64,000 nt of DNA, from assembly GCA_043228905.1 (NCBI GenBank), contig JBHGNT010000005.1, positions 4,836,001-4,900,000 of the forward strand. Direction: 5' to 3'. The notes under the pieces were generated by a model. The model ran no database searches and had not been told where the DNA came from. It saw only the letters and a list, made by a program, of their open reading frames with translations. Below, piece after piece: positions 63,907 to 64,000 of this stretch; position 1 is the first letter of the stretch, and the number at the start of each line of letters is the position of its first letter. The DNA is from Azolla caroliniana (taxonomy: Eukaryota; Plantae; Polypodiophyta). Both the position numbers and the translations under genes were made by a program.

Positions 63907-64000
63907 TGCATCCAAATAAATAATGATCAATGCACTAAAAACTTCAATACAACAAAACCATATGGCTGTTACCAAATGGCATCCCCAAAATACCTCCTTT

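Overview
Eukaryotic nuclear DNA from a land plant, most likely a non-seed plant such as a fern. That assignment is an inference from the spliceosomal introns, the plant-type genes, an HSPA12-like family and a Tcn1/sushi-like chromovirus. The first ~11 kb is a nest of LTR retrotransposons. A full-length but decayed chromodomain-bearing Ty3/gypsy element (1736-7406, TSD GAGGG) sits inside the 5' LTR of a Ty1/copia element, and a related solo LTR (TSD GTTAC) sits inside a second copia remnant. The gypsy element shows three notable cis signals: a Tf1-like self-priming PBS, a -1 ribosomal frameshift cassette, and a tRNA-like A/B-box module in each LTR. The 12-23 kb region holds a tandem array of intronless HSPA12-like (atypical Hsp70) genes: one intact, one C-terminally truncated and one decayed. 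The rest is gene-rich: eEF2; an unusual locus with triple CCCH-type zinc fingers next to or fused to a very divergent NAC domain; glutaminyl cyclase; S-adenosylmethionine synthetase, with repeated splice-donor motifs and a METTL16-like motif at its 3' splice site; an uncharacterised two-TM protein; a Tim17/22/23-family gene; and the 3' end of cullin-4. All calls were made by eye; no searches were run.
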